DNA of 64,000 nucleotides, from the NCBI GenBank assembly GCA_973895155.1, contig OZ316894.1, forward strand, positions 4,364,944 to 4,428,943. The letters are read 5' to 3'. Positions 39,168 to 51,483 of this stretch are shown here, piece after piece (positions within the stretch are counted from its first letter, which is position 1; each line of letters starts with the position of its first letter). The notes under the pieces were generated by a model. The model was not told the origin of the DNA. It made no database searches and saw only the letters and a list, made by a program, of their open reading frames with translations. The position numbers were made by a program, and so were the translations under genes. The DNA is from Marsupella aquatica (Eukaryota; Plantae; Marchantiophyta).

Positions 39168-42100
39168 ATGTCTACTTCTGATAGTTGCACGTCAGATTCA
39201 GACTCAGACACAAGCTCGTCTGAGGGGGAGGTTCCTCCACCCCCTCCTCCAGATCGTCCTCGTGCTCCACTAGGACCCATACCTTGCTGGTGTGTGAGAT
39301 GTAAGGGACTTGTGGTTTGACATGCGTGGGAGACTTGTGAGCACATCGAGAACTATGGCCGCCACGAGGGTGATATGCCAGGGTATTTGCCTAGCCAAGT
39401 ATATATATGTTTATGTCCCCTATTCATTCCATATATGCATTCCAATTTAGGGTATTGCTTAATTATCTTGCATTTACATCCTGGCACTACTTAATTTATT
39501 AATTTGTGTAAAACCATTGTACGTGTGTTGAAATAGGTGCCTCGTAGGCCCCCACCTCCTTTGGTTCCTGAAGCTGTGTGGTTGGAAGGGTTTCTAGCAA
39601 GGGCCAGGGAGTTGCTTGCAGTTCCTCCTGCCCAGATGCCTCTTAGCCCACCTGCTCCTATCCCCACTCCCGTGCCCACACATGAGCATGTAGAGGGGGA
39701 ACCGGTCTCTCGGCCCGAGGTTGTGACTACTAGAGTCCTACGTACACGACCACGATCTGGTAGACGTAGACGGCAGTATGGACCACTGGACCAGGTAGAC
39801 AGACGAAAGGAGGTGTTAGGTACTAGTGATCGACCAGCCGGTAACGTAGATTATATTTGCGTTGAGGGCAGGTTTGGACTATCCTATCTCACTGGTAGGG
39901 CTGCCGAAGTTTTGAAGGACTTTTCTCCAAGTCTCTTCAAATTTCCAGATTTTATTCCTACAGATGAACCAGTTCAGATATGGGGTCGCCCTTGGATAGT
40001 GAAGGCATCCTCTATTGGTCATGATATAGGATATGGTCTTTTTGCTTTGGAGGATATTGTGGTCCCTCCAAAGCCATGGAGACGTGGTTATGATGGAGAG
40101 CACCTCTTTCCTTACATTGGGGCTGTATATAACTCCAAGAGTTGGAATATTTTGTTGCGTCAACACCCAAGTTGGGGGGTGTATGCATTGAGGATGGACT
40201 CAAACCCGGATGAGGTCTTCACTAGGCCGTGGCATTGCCGGATGATTGATGGTGACCCTATTCGGAACGGTAATTTAGCAGGGTACATCAATAGTACCAC
40301 AGGTAGAGATAGAGGTTTGGAGGCTAATGTAGAGTGGATTCAAATGTTTGGTCCACCTAGACATCCATATTTTGTGAAACATATGGACGACCATATCATG
40401 ACAGTAGCTGTTAGGACCATTAGAGCTGGTGAGGAGTTATTGTGTGAGTATGAGTGGGATGCACCAAAATTGTCCTTGCGTTGTCGTCCATGATAGTTTC
40501 TTGGACTTACATACATGTATATATATGTCAATTTATTTTACATGTTTACATGAGAATGATGTTGTTCAACAGTGCATGTGTTGATGAGATTAATTAATTG
40601 ATGTTGTATGATAGAATCAATATGTAACGCCTGATATTGGGGTAATATCACGAGCTATGCGACAACACCTTGTTGAGGCCATGGTGGCCAACCGTGGGCA
40701 TGAACCACAAAGGCAAGAGGATGGGGTACGACATGATGGTGATGATCCTATCCAAGACCATCTTGATGAGGAGAGGGCCATGGATGAGCTCATGGACCAA
40801 TTCTATGATGATCACGATGACATTGGTTTGGAGGACATTGGTTCAACCCATGAAAGGACTAGTCATCCACATCCTTCTAGGGGGTCCCAAGACAAGCAAT
40901 GGGAGGAGGCGCAACGTCATGCCCGTACTCGCATATTCGAGGGGAGTAGGTTATCTCGGCTCTCATCAATAATGTTGTTGCTCAACTTGCAGCAAAGACA
41001 TGGGGCAAGCAATCTACTTTTGGATGATGTTTTCCGTACCTTGCATGATCGTATTTTGCCAGTAGGCAATGCATTGCCAGCCTCTTGGAAAGAGGCTAAA
41101 CAGGTGTTGAGGTCCATTGGCCTGAAGTATGAGGTGATACATGCATGTGTGGATGATTGCATTCTTTTTAGGGGTGAGCATGAAAATGCCACTACATGTC
41201 CTAAATATCAGAAGCCACGGTACCGTGATGACATGTTGACGGGGAAGGTACCGCAAAAGGTTATGAGGTACTTTCCTCTTATCCCTCGATTGCGACATCA
41301 ATTCCGATGTGCAGAGTTGGCTGAGATGATGGTATGGCACTCACAAAATCGTTCTGATATGGCTGTACCCTCTAGTGCCATGCGGATGATGGTTGACTCT
41401 CCTGCCAATTGATTTGTAGAGGATAGATGGGGAGAGTTCAAAATTGACCCACGACATGTTCGACTAGGCTTGGCAGCAGACGGTATCAGCCCTTTTGCTT
41501 TGACAGGAAAAGCCAAACCATATTCGGTGTGGCCAGTAGTGTTGACAAACTACAACATCCCTCCTTGGATGGCCATGAAGAAAGGTCACCTACTACTCTC
41601 CATGATTATTCCGGGTCCTAAGCAAGTTAAAAAGATTGATGTGTACTTGCAGCCATTGATTGATGAGTTGATACAATTGTGGAGAGGAGTGGATTGTTAT
41701 GATGGACGTCACAACACAGGAGGTTTATCCCGCGTATTTACTCTAAAGGCCATCCTTATGTGGACCATGCATGATTTACCAGGTATGGTAAACCCTTATT
41801 TCCTCTAGTACCTAAACCTTGTATTTAATTGCAATTATGCAGATTTTTGCCTTGATGAACCTTATTTTATGAATGTGTTTTCTATGCACTGGGCAGGGTT
41901 TGGATATGTTTCTGGATTGCAAACATCAGGCTATCGAGCTTGCTCTACATGTGGACCCGATTTGGAGGGGGTGGCCAGGCCCAAGTCAAGTACTCTGCAA
42001 AAAATTGTTTACATTGGTCATACTAAATATCTTCCACCAGACCATCCTTGGAGGAGTGATCCATTCCTTTATGATACTGATGAGGGCCAACCTGATATTC

Positions 42101-43860
42101 GTCCTCAACCTCAGCGGAAGGATCTAGCATATTGGAGAGAGGTATGGGGGAGAGTTCAGGATCCGAGTGATCCATTACCATTATTCAGATGTGGCATGAC
42201 CCGTTTGTCTGCATTGTCACAATTGCCATATTGGTCAGATATGCCCATTAATCACTTGTTAGACCCTATGCACATTGAGGGGAATGTGGGGAAATCATTG
42301 ATTCGCCATCTATATGGGGAGAAAAATAACAATTGGAGAGAAAGTTGTGAGGAGATGGGGATGCATGGTCTTTTGGGTTTTTGGCCATCTTTGGACCCCC
42401 CTGGTGCTCCCCCTAGCATCCATCCTCCTTGGGTTTTGACAAGGGCAGAGCGCATTGAGTTTCGCAGACGTATTGGGTTGATGAGGTTTCCCACAGGTTA
42501 TGGTACCAATCTTCGGAAGGCATTTGGGGGGGAGGATTCTCCAAAATGGCCATCTTTCTTGAAGACACATGATTATCATCGGTTGCTTGAACATGTTCTT
42601 CCAGTTGCTATTATTGGATTGGGTAGTGAGGAACTTCGTGATGCCCTTTGGTCATTGGGTAAGCTCTTAAGATGGGTATGTCAAAAGGAGGTACAGGAGT
42701 CCGATGACATTGCTGCTATGGAGATATTTGGAGTAGAGGTTGTCTGCAAGTTGGAGAAGGCACTCCCTCCCTCATTCTTTGATGGTCAGGTTCATTTCCT
42801 CATACATTTAGTGCACGAGGTTGCAATTGCAGGCCCAGTACATTGTCGATGGATGTATTGGGTAGAGCGTTATATGGGGGTGATGAAGTCATATGTCTTT
42901 AATCGCGCTAGGGTGGAAGGTAGCATTGCGGAGGGTCATCTTGGAGCAGAGAGTATGTTTTACTGTACAAACATAGTTGCCACACTAGATCCTAGTGCTC
43001 CTAGGGGAGGGATAGATGAGGCAGCACGAGAGGCTGACTACGAGGATGATAGACTCACTGGGGCATCTGGAGAGCGTCTCATAGGCTCAGCAGAGCGTTT
43101 ACAGCTCACAACATTTATGTTGTATAACTCACCCGAGGTTGTCGGGGAGTGGACAACATTTTATGAGGAGGAGAAGCAAAACAGTCGATGCCCACGGTTA
43201 TTTCCCAAGTTTCACCCATACATGAAGGAGAAGTTGTTAGAAGTGGATGCCCTGGTGGGTACCGGGGAGAGTGTATTACACTACCCAAATGTGACAGATA
43301 AACTTCGTACCTTGGTTCATGGTCCACTACTTATAGTCACGACTCGGACTGCCATGTGGTCAAAGGGGAGACATTTTCGTGTGGAATGACTTGATGAGAA
43401 GAGGGCAGCTACACAGGATTGTGGGGTGATGGGTTGGTTCACCCAAGATTCCCAGAGTAGCATGTCAGACATGAATCCCATTCGCTCCACCGTGGCCCAT
43501 TATGGGAAGATTGAGGAGATCCTAACAGTGAAGTACCATGCACATACTACTTTGGAGGAAGTGGTATTCAAGTGCAAATGGTTCAAGATGAATCTTGTAG
43601 GCCACAATCGTACTTGTGAAGATGATGCATGCGGTTTTACTCGTTTGAAGACATCCGCAAATAGTGTCATCAGTTCCAACTGGAGGTCCTCAGATCCCTT
43701 TGCCTTCCCACATCACCTTGAGCAATGCTTTTACCTACCCTATCCCAATGACCCCGAGTGGTCCATTGTCATGCCGTATATTCCCAGATCACGGTCCATA
43801 GTCCAAGAGAGACCCAACGTAGTTGTAGTGGAAGATAGAGACATACCCCCCACGAGTTAG
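39168..43860 (+). pseudogene. CACTA-3 transposase (exons ~39168-39398, 40615-41782, 41897-43860), three in-frame stops
   Basis: PCWCVRCKG transposase-associated motif; HACVDDC, LAADG, LDPMHIEGN, WMYWVER. TGA at 39318, 41410 and 43387. Confidence 0.9.
39537..40493 (+). CDS. SET-domain exon (putative lysine methyltransferase) of CACTA-3
   Basis: IGYGLFA, FPYIG, YAL, IDGD..GNLAGYINS, NVEW and VAVRTIRAGEELLCEY; acceptor aaatag|gtg; open frame. Confidence 0.9.
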   Translation: MPRRPPPPLVPEAVWLEGFLARARELLAVPPAQMPLSPPAPIPTPVPTHEHVEGEPVSRPEVVTTRVLRTRPRSGRRRRQYGPLDQVDRRKEVLGTSDRPAGNVDYICVEGRFGLSYLTGRAAEVLKDFSPSLFKFPDFIPTDEPVQIWGRPWIVKASSIGHDIGYGLFALEDIVVPPKPWRRGYDGEHLFPYIGAVYNSKSWNILLRQHPSWGVYALRMDSNPDEVFTRPWHCRMIDGDPIRNGNLAGYINSTTGRDRGLEANVEWIQMFGPPRHPYFVKHMDDHIMTVAVRTIRAGEELLCEYEWDAPKLSLRCRP

Positions 43861-44828
43861 TATAAATTGTAGACCCCACCATCTTCATGTATATTTTTAC
43901 CGGCACTATCTTTTTATCGGCATTCTACGATTTTTCTCATTGTCCACAATTTCATGCAGTATACATATCTATTGCTTAAAGTATGCCCCATATCTGGATC
44001 CATTAATTCCATGCAACCTATACATTGTAAAACACTAAAGTCCCATATGTCCCATTCAAATACCATCGGAAACATATCGGACACACATCAGTACTGCCAA
44101 AGCCAAAAACCCCTTCCCATCCTCAAAGTATTGGATTTTCCGATACTATAAGAATCGGAAGCCACTATCCGATACTCCACAGATCGAACACTTAAGCCCG
44201 AGGCCGAGGAGGGGTCCGATAGAAATTTCAACGGATAATAACCGATACCTAAGCCTTTGCAAATGATTTCCGTTGTAACTAGTATCGCAAAAATAAGTCC
44301 GATAACACTTGTATCGGTAAATGTCCGAAAGCAAACCTATCGGAATTAGCTTTCGATACTATTCTTATCGGACGTCTGAAAAACATGTCGGCTCTCAATT
44401 TGCGATACAGGATGTTTCGGACATTGTCCGATATGATGGGGATTGGATAAGGTTTTCGATACAAAAACTATCGGATAGTAATGTCCAATTTTGGTAGTAT
44501 CGGAAGTTCCGTAGCTGAGAGTATCGGAACGTTTCCGTTGTGTTTAGTATCGGGCGCGTTGAGAAACGCGTGTTTTTAGTATCGGAAAAGTGCCTAAAAT
44601 GTACTAGTGAAAAATGTGTGGGGATGGTTGTCCAAAAGTCATATGTATGTGCGGAGCACATTGCTCGATATGGCCAACATCGAGGTCTTACACCGGGAGC
44701 TTCTTCATCCCGTATGGTGAGTTGTAAACTTACTGTGATTTCCATTTTATTTTGTAAATCTTGCTAGGTAGCATAAAATAAAATTTGGGAGGTTCATCAC
44801 ACTCACTTGGTTCCATTTCTTCCTATAG

Positions 44829-45644
44829 GTATCCAGTAGGCCTACACCCACTACACCAACACCCTATGTTCCCTCACAAGGAGTTCTAGATGCTATAGGC
44901 TCGGCACTTTCACAAGCTTTTCATTTAGTGGCAGCAGGGCAAGGTAGTGTTGGGACAATTAAGGGTGACAGTATTGTTACAAGAGGGAAAAAAAAGTCAA
45001 AAAGACAGCCTAGAGGGGAAGTGGATCAGTACACTTGTAGGGTTGATGGTAGATGGGGCCCTTGTACCTTCACAGGGAAGTGTGTTCCTATCATAAAGGA
45101 TTGGAATCCGGAGTGCCTTGGTTTGCCATGTGATATAACCTATGGTGAGGAGATAGAAGTTTGGGGAAGACGTTGGGTTGTCAAGAGTTCGACCCTAGGG
45201 GAGAGGCATGGGTATGGGATTTTCTCTTGTCAGGACATTATTGTGGATGATATGGGTGGAAAAGGGCGCTCTTCAGATGGACCAACGTTGTTCCCGTATG
45301 GTGGACCCATTTACAAGAGGAGACATTGGAACATGATCCTTGTTCAACACCCTTACTGGAAGACTTATGCATTGGACATGGATACTTTTGATGGTTGCAC
45401 CAGAAAGTATTGTGACCAGCGTATAATTGATGGTGATCCCATCCGTAGTGGGAATATTGCCGGTTTCATCAACAGTACTGTGGGGACCCGGCCTAAGCGT
45501 AGGAAAAACTGTGAATGGGTTTTTGTTGATGGTCCCTCTCCAGCCCCTTATGGGCAGAGATATCATCATGACCATTGTCTAGTTGTAGCTAATAGGACCA
45601 TTCTCGCTGGAGAGGAGTTGTTTACACATTATGAATGGGATTAG
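44829..45644 (+). CDS. SET-domain exon (putative lysine methyltransferase) of CACTA-2
   Basis: HGYGIFS, FPYGG, YAL, IDGD..GNIAGFINS, NCEW and VANRTILAGEELFTHY; acceptor ctatag|gta; open frame. Confidence 0.9.
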   Translation, partial: VSSRPTPTTPTPYVPSQGVLDAIGSALSQAFHLVAAGQGSVGTIKGDSIVTRGKKKSKRQPRGEVDQYTCRVDGRWGPCTFTGKCVPIIKDWNPECLGLPCDITYGEEIEVWGRRWVVKSSTLGERHGYGIFSCQDIIVDDMGGKGRSSDGPTLFPYGGPIYKRRHWNMILVQHPYWKTYALDMDTFDGCTRKYCDQRIIDGDPIRSGNIAGFINSTVGTRPKRRKNCEWVFVDGPSPAPYGQRYHHDHCLVVANRTILAGEELFTHYEWD

Positions 45645-48600
45645 GATTACTTTAGGGACATGTATTATACGTTCATCGTATGTGAATGTATGTTTTGTAA
45701 TGACATGTTCTTTTTATATTGTTAATAATATGTTTCGAGCACTACTATATTTGGCGTTAATTTCATTGTGAATACTTTATTGTATTGTCTATAGAATGTG
45801 CGGCCTAGTCAAGATATGTTGCCAAGGAGGTTGAGAGCTACATATCAAGAAATGGGCTTGCCACAAGACGGGGAAACATCATCAGCAGATTCCTCATCAA
45901 GTGACAATGATAATGACAGTCCAGATGAAGGGGCACCTCGGACAAATTATGAGGTCATGCAAGACCAAGAGTCAGCCATGGATGACTTCATGACAGATTG
46001 GTTTGGTGTAGACATTGGTGGTGAAGGAGGTGTCCCACCCAATGAAGGAGACCCTCCACCAAATGTTGCACATGATCCAAGGCCTCAACGTACACCTGAA
46101 GGACAAAAACAATGGGAAGAAGCTGAGGCACATGCTAGAACACCTATTTATGGGGGTGCTCATTTGAATAGACTATCTGCCATCTTGGCATTGATGAATC
46201 TTCAGGCAAAACACAAGGCAAGCAATGCGCTACTATCGGATTTGTTTGCAATTTGCCATGATCTCTTGTTACCTAGTGAAAATGTGTTGCCAGGAACTTG
46301 GAAGGAGGCAAAGAGGGTTCTATCATCCATTGGCATGGAATACCATATCATTCATGCTTGTGTGAATGATTGCATTCTCTATCATGAGACCAATGCCAGC
46401 GCAACTAAGTGTCCAATTTGTCAAGAGCCTCGATATGAAACCAACATGTTGACCTCAAAGGTGCCTAGAAAAGCTGTTCGTTGGTTTCCTATTATTCCTC
46501 GATTGTTGCACATGTACCGATGTTCTGACTTGGCAGAATTGATGGTATGGCATAAGACACATCGATCAGAGGCCGGTGTCATGCGGTTGCCAGTTGATTC
46601 CCCTGCTCACAAGCATGTGGAGTCACAATGGCCAGAATTTTCACGTGACCCTCGTCATGTGAGGTTGGGGTTGGCATCAGATGGGGTAAGCCCACACTCC
46701 CTTGGAGGGAAAGGGCGCCCTACTTCAGTTTGGCCGGTGGTTGTTATGAATTACAACCTTCCCCCATGGTTGTCCATGAAAAAGGGATTCTTATTGCTAT
46801 CATTGATTATCCCAGGTCCATCTAAGGTAAAAAACATGGACACCTACTTGGCGCTCTTGGTTGGGGAACTCCATAAATTATGGGGGGGTGTATGGGCATA
46901 TGATGGTCGGACAACTACAGGAGGGTTACCACGTGTCTTCCAATTGAAGGGAATCATTATGTGGACCATGCATGACTATCCAGGTGAGTGGTATGGATTT
47001 GTATTTTTTTCATGTATTGGAGATCAAGTTTGTTTGGAAGGAAGTCCCTCTTTAATTCTATGTACATGAACTTTTCAATTCCTTTGACTCTAATTGAGAA
47101 TGTTATTTTGTGAGCAGGGTTTGGGTTTGTTTCTGGGTTCCAAACTCAAGGGTACAAGGCATGCTCCACTTGTGGTCCAAGCCTTCACGATATGGCCAAG
47201 TACTCAAAATGGTTGCACAAGATAATCTACCTTGGTCATACCAAGTTTCTTCCACTTGGGCATCACATGAGGTCTGACCCCCTTTTGTTTTCAGACTTTG
47301 ACATGATCAATGGTGATGAGCGTGAGATACCTGACCGCACAACATTTTCGTATTGGAAATCCATAGCTGATAGGGTGGCAGACCCTGAAGATGCCATGGG
47401 ATTTGATGGTAGTGGATTGACAAGGTGGGGTATACTGGCCACTTTGCCCTATTGGCCTGAGTTGAAGATTCATCACTTGTTAGACCCCATGCATATAGAG
47501 GGAAATGTTGGGAAGGCTTTGATCAAGCACTTTTATGGGGAAAAGAACATTAATTTTAGGGAGGCATGCCAGGATCTAGAACGACATCCAGATGTATGGA
47601 TAACAGTTGATGAATCCACAGGGATGGAACATCGTCCTTCAGCTCCATGGGTTTTGAGTGTTGGTGAAAGAAGAGAGTTTCGACAACGCATAGGGCAAAT
47701 GCGGTTTCCTACAGGCTATGGTGCCAATCTACGTAAGGCTTTTGGGATGGAGGACAGTCATAAATGGCCAATGTATCTCAAGACACATGACTATCATCGT
47801 TTACTACAACATATACTTCCTGTGGCAATCATAGGTTTGGGGAGTGAAGAAGTGCAAGACGCCCTTTGGTCACTGGGCACTTTGTTGAGATGGATATGCT
47901 CAAAGGAAATATATGAAGAAGAGATACCACGGATGGAGGTATTGGCAGCAGAGGTGGTATGCAAGTTGGAGAAGGCCCTCCCTCCTTCCTTCTTTGATTG
48001 CCAGGTGCATCTTCTCGTTCATCTTGTGAGGGAGGTTGCCATTGCCGGTCCGGTGCATTGTAGGTGGATGTATTGGCTGGAAAGGTATATGGCCGTGTTA
48101 AAGGCTTATGTACGGAACCGTGCACGAGTGGAGGGGAGCATGGCAACTGGATACTTGGCAGCTGAGAGTATGTTTTATTGTAGTAACATCTTAGCTACCA
48201 TTGATCCTAGTTTTCCACGCACTTGGATGGAAGAGAGGGAAGTGGAGGAGGACCGTTTAACAGGTGCAAAAAAAACACGCTTACTAACCGCAGTGGAGTT
48301 GACACAGGTTAGTACTTTCATGTTGAGTAACAGCAATGTGATGGAAGATTGGAGAGAGTTTTATGAGGATGCAAAGAGGGAGAGTCGTCGCCCAAGGATC
48401 TTTCCAAAGTTCCTTGAGTATATGAAGGAGAAAGTACTTCAGTTGGATGCTATGGTGGCCCAAGGTGAGAATGTATCACATTTTCTAGATATGACTCCTG
48501 AGGTTCGAACAATTGTTCATGGTCCTTTAAGACTTGTTCAAACCAGAACAGCAATGTGGACACAAGGGAGGCATTTCAGGATTTCTGACCTTGATGAGAA

Positions 48601-50840
48601 GAGGGGAAGAACTTTTGATTGTGGAGTTCAAGGGCAGTTCATGCAAGATTCACAAAGTAGCCGTCATGACACTAATGTGATCAGAGATGTGGTGCCTCAC
48701 TATGGGAAGATTGAGGAGATCTTGATCATATCCTATGATGCCGATTCCAAATTTGAAGAGTATGTCTTCAAGTGTAAGTGGTTCAAAATTCACCTGGTTG
48801 GTGATAATCGCACGGTACTTCTTGATGAGTGTGGGTTTACTCGACTGAAGACATCAGCAACTAGCTTTCAACCATCTCATTGGCAAACATCTGAACCATT
48901 TACATTCCCAAGTCACCTTGAGCAGTGTTTCTATATTCCGTACCCACCAGACCTAGAGTGGTCAGTTGTTATACCGTATGTGCCACGGTCCCGTTCCATT
49001 ATCTCGGAAAAACCTGACGTTATTATTGTGTCAAATGGAGGCGAGGATGAGGACCAGGTTTGATGCACTAGTAGTAAAACTTGTTGTGGGCCCAGAATTT
49101 GACCCTAAACTAACTATCATGGTTTTATTTATATTAACATATTACTTTTCTTCTTTTGTTTTACAAACACTTAATTGAACTTTGAAATTTCATCTCACTG
49201 TTATATATGCAACCTTAGCCGTTTCCAAAGCTATCCTCATGCATGCCACCTTTTTGAAAACCCTAGCTGTAACCTAAACACATGCATTCTCCATCTTGTA
49301 AAGAAACTCTCTCAAACATTTCCATTCTACAAAATTTTCAAACAACTCTCTTTGCAAAACATTTTCAAGCTTGTCAAGAAGCAACTTCTGAACACTTTGT
49401 GAATAACACACCATCGGTAATTGTGATGCCAATGTGTTCTCAACTTTGCAAATCAACTGGATTCGGTAACTTGCGACTATTTATGCTTCACAATATTGTG
49501 CGAAGCTAATAGGTTCACAATATATATTTGAGTACATTATTATCGCTAAATTATGAAACAAAAGAGATCCAAATGCAGTCGCGATGGTTGCGGATCCACA
49601 AATACTTTGTGAGACGAATAGTATCTGAAAGAGTTGCGAATTCAATCCGATCTCAAACAAATTGCGAGGTATTTAGCTTCGCAACACCATGTTGCGAACC
49701 TGTGAGCATGGTTTATTGTGATGCGTGTTTGATCACAAAATATCTGAAGTCGATGACATCGCAAGACCATCCCGGCATAAAAAAAAAGCTTCGCAAAAGG
49801 GGCCAATATGTAGTAGTGTTTGCAGGGCACAAATTTTTTAAAAATCTGGTCAAAGGTAAGTAATACAGCCATGACCATGAACAATAATTTCATGATTGTG
49901 GCATCCTATAGTGTTGCTTAATATTTTTGCTTGAATGAGGATACATTTGGTCAATAAATTGGGATTCTGAGTAGACGTAGCTAGCCATGACAAAGGTGAA
50001 CTGTGTATTTTAGGAGTTGGTGTAAGGCATGTCTGGTTGTTGGTGTGTGGTATACAGTGTTGTATTTTCTCTCAACAAGTGGGGCTAATCACCAGATCTG
50101 ATGGTCCTCCGTTAGTAGTAAATTGAGGAGATAAAAATCCAGTGTTAGAAATAAGAAATAGGGTGAATTACATAAAATTTTGTGATATTTAATATTTAAT
50201 ATTTCCAAAGGTAGACAGTGAAGAAAAGAACGGATTTATTTTGCTAATCCCACAAATTGGTGGGCAAATTGGGTCTAGGAGATTATAAGATCAATTAACC
50301 ATAATTTTTTAATATATTTTATTTGTTGCAAACCTGAATGAGCAAAAATGATGCTCTCAGGAATAAACCCTTTGCCTTCTTACAAAGAGTTACACACCTG
50401 GCTAGTTAATAAGCAGGGGCTAAACGATTCATATAAATATTCATTTGATAATAAAATTTGTTAGCTACGTCAATGTGAATTATTTTACTTGCGATTCATT
50501 TTTTTGCATTTGTTTCATTCCAGCCTCGATATTCAAGAAGCGACTATAACATGGCTGAGTAAGTATGATGAAAGTTACTCTTGGGCAATCGTGACTGAAG
50601 ATATCAACATCTCAGTTCAAAATTTAAAATTCAAATTGATCAGCCCAAAACTTCGGAGTCGCACAGAGCGGGATTGGTTTACAGTGTTTCCAGTTTTCCT
50701 AACCTCGCGTCGTCCCCCTTTTTGTTTCATTATTTGAAGCGCGCGAACAGCATTTTTGAGTGGATCGAGCCAAGAGATTGGAGACCTGAGCTCGTTTAGG
50801 AGAGAGGATTGCTTACTTGGAGACGAGTATTTCCAAGCAA

Positions 50841-51483
50841 CAATCAAAGTCCGCGATGGATTGAAAGCTCGTGAGGTTGTAAGCAGGAGCTGCAATTCAT
50901 TGAAGTAAAGGCTCTGTCAGTTGCTTCGAGCTTGAATGTGTTGTTTTCCAGAAGTGGATGTGGTCTTTTGATTTGGAGGAGAGAAGAAGCGATTCATCAG
51001 CAGCGAACATGTTGCAGAATTCTGATTTTGATTAGAGCTCGACTGTGGGTGGAGATCTAGAATAGCCAAGAATCGAAAGGAGGCAATCCTTCCAAAGTGG
51101 ATATCATTTGATGATTTGGAGGAGAGAAGAAGTGATCCATCAGCAAAGAACGTGTTTCAGAGTTATAGAATTGTAATCTATTTTGTTTGAGAGCTCGACT
51201 CTGGGCGGAGATCTAGAATTGACTAGAATCAAGATGATCGAGTAACGACAATCAAAGTCCGACATGGATCAGAAACCTACGAGGTTGTAATCAGGAGCTG
51301 CAATTGATTGAAGTGACAGACGGGTCTGTCAATTGTTTTATAGCTTGTTCCGTTTCCATAAGTGGATGTGTTCTGGTGATTTCGCGGAGAGAAGAAGCAA
51401 GCCGTCGGCAAAGAACGTGTTTCAGAGAGACAAAATTGTGATGTATTTTGTTTGAGAGCTCGACTGTGGGTGGAGATCTAGAA
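50841..51483 (+). repeat. Imperfect duplicated modules upstream of the Sola-like transposase
   Basis: caatcaaagtccg..gaggttgtaa.caggagctgcaatt occurs twice (50841, 51250). gagagaagaag...agagctcgact.tggg.ggagatctagaa occurs three times. Confidence 0.75.

Larger units (their letters stand above)
34276..44609 (+). mobile_element. CACTA/EnSpm element 3 (nested, 10.3 kb), complete termini
   Basis: 5' CACTAGTACATTTTTGGGCC versus reverse complement of the 3' end CACTAGTACATTTTAGGCAC. TSD AAA. Subterminal TCCGAT/ATCGGA arrays. Confidence 0.95.
34146..49063 (+). pseudogene. CACTA-2 transposase (TnpD-like: transposase-associated domain, Transposase_21, DUF4218, DUF4216), disrupted by the nested element
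   Basis: Exon 1 = 34146-34275 + 44613-44716 (LCGCKKC..EHI.RYG); further exons 45795-46983 and 47118-49063. Motifs HACVNDC, RLGLASDG, LDPMHIEGN, KTHDYH, WMYWLER. No stops in the downstream exons. Confidence 0.9.
29592..49818 (+). mobile_element. CACTA/EnSpm element 2 (outer), complete termini
   Basis: 5' CACTACAACACTATCGGCCGGTTTTGCGA versus reverse complement of the 3' end CACTACTACATATTGGCCCCTTTTGCGA. 3-bp TSD TTT (29589-29591, 49819-49821). Subterminal TTGCGA/TCGCAA arrays. Confidence 0.95.
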
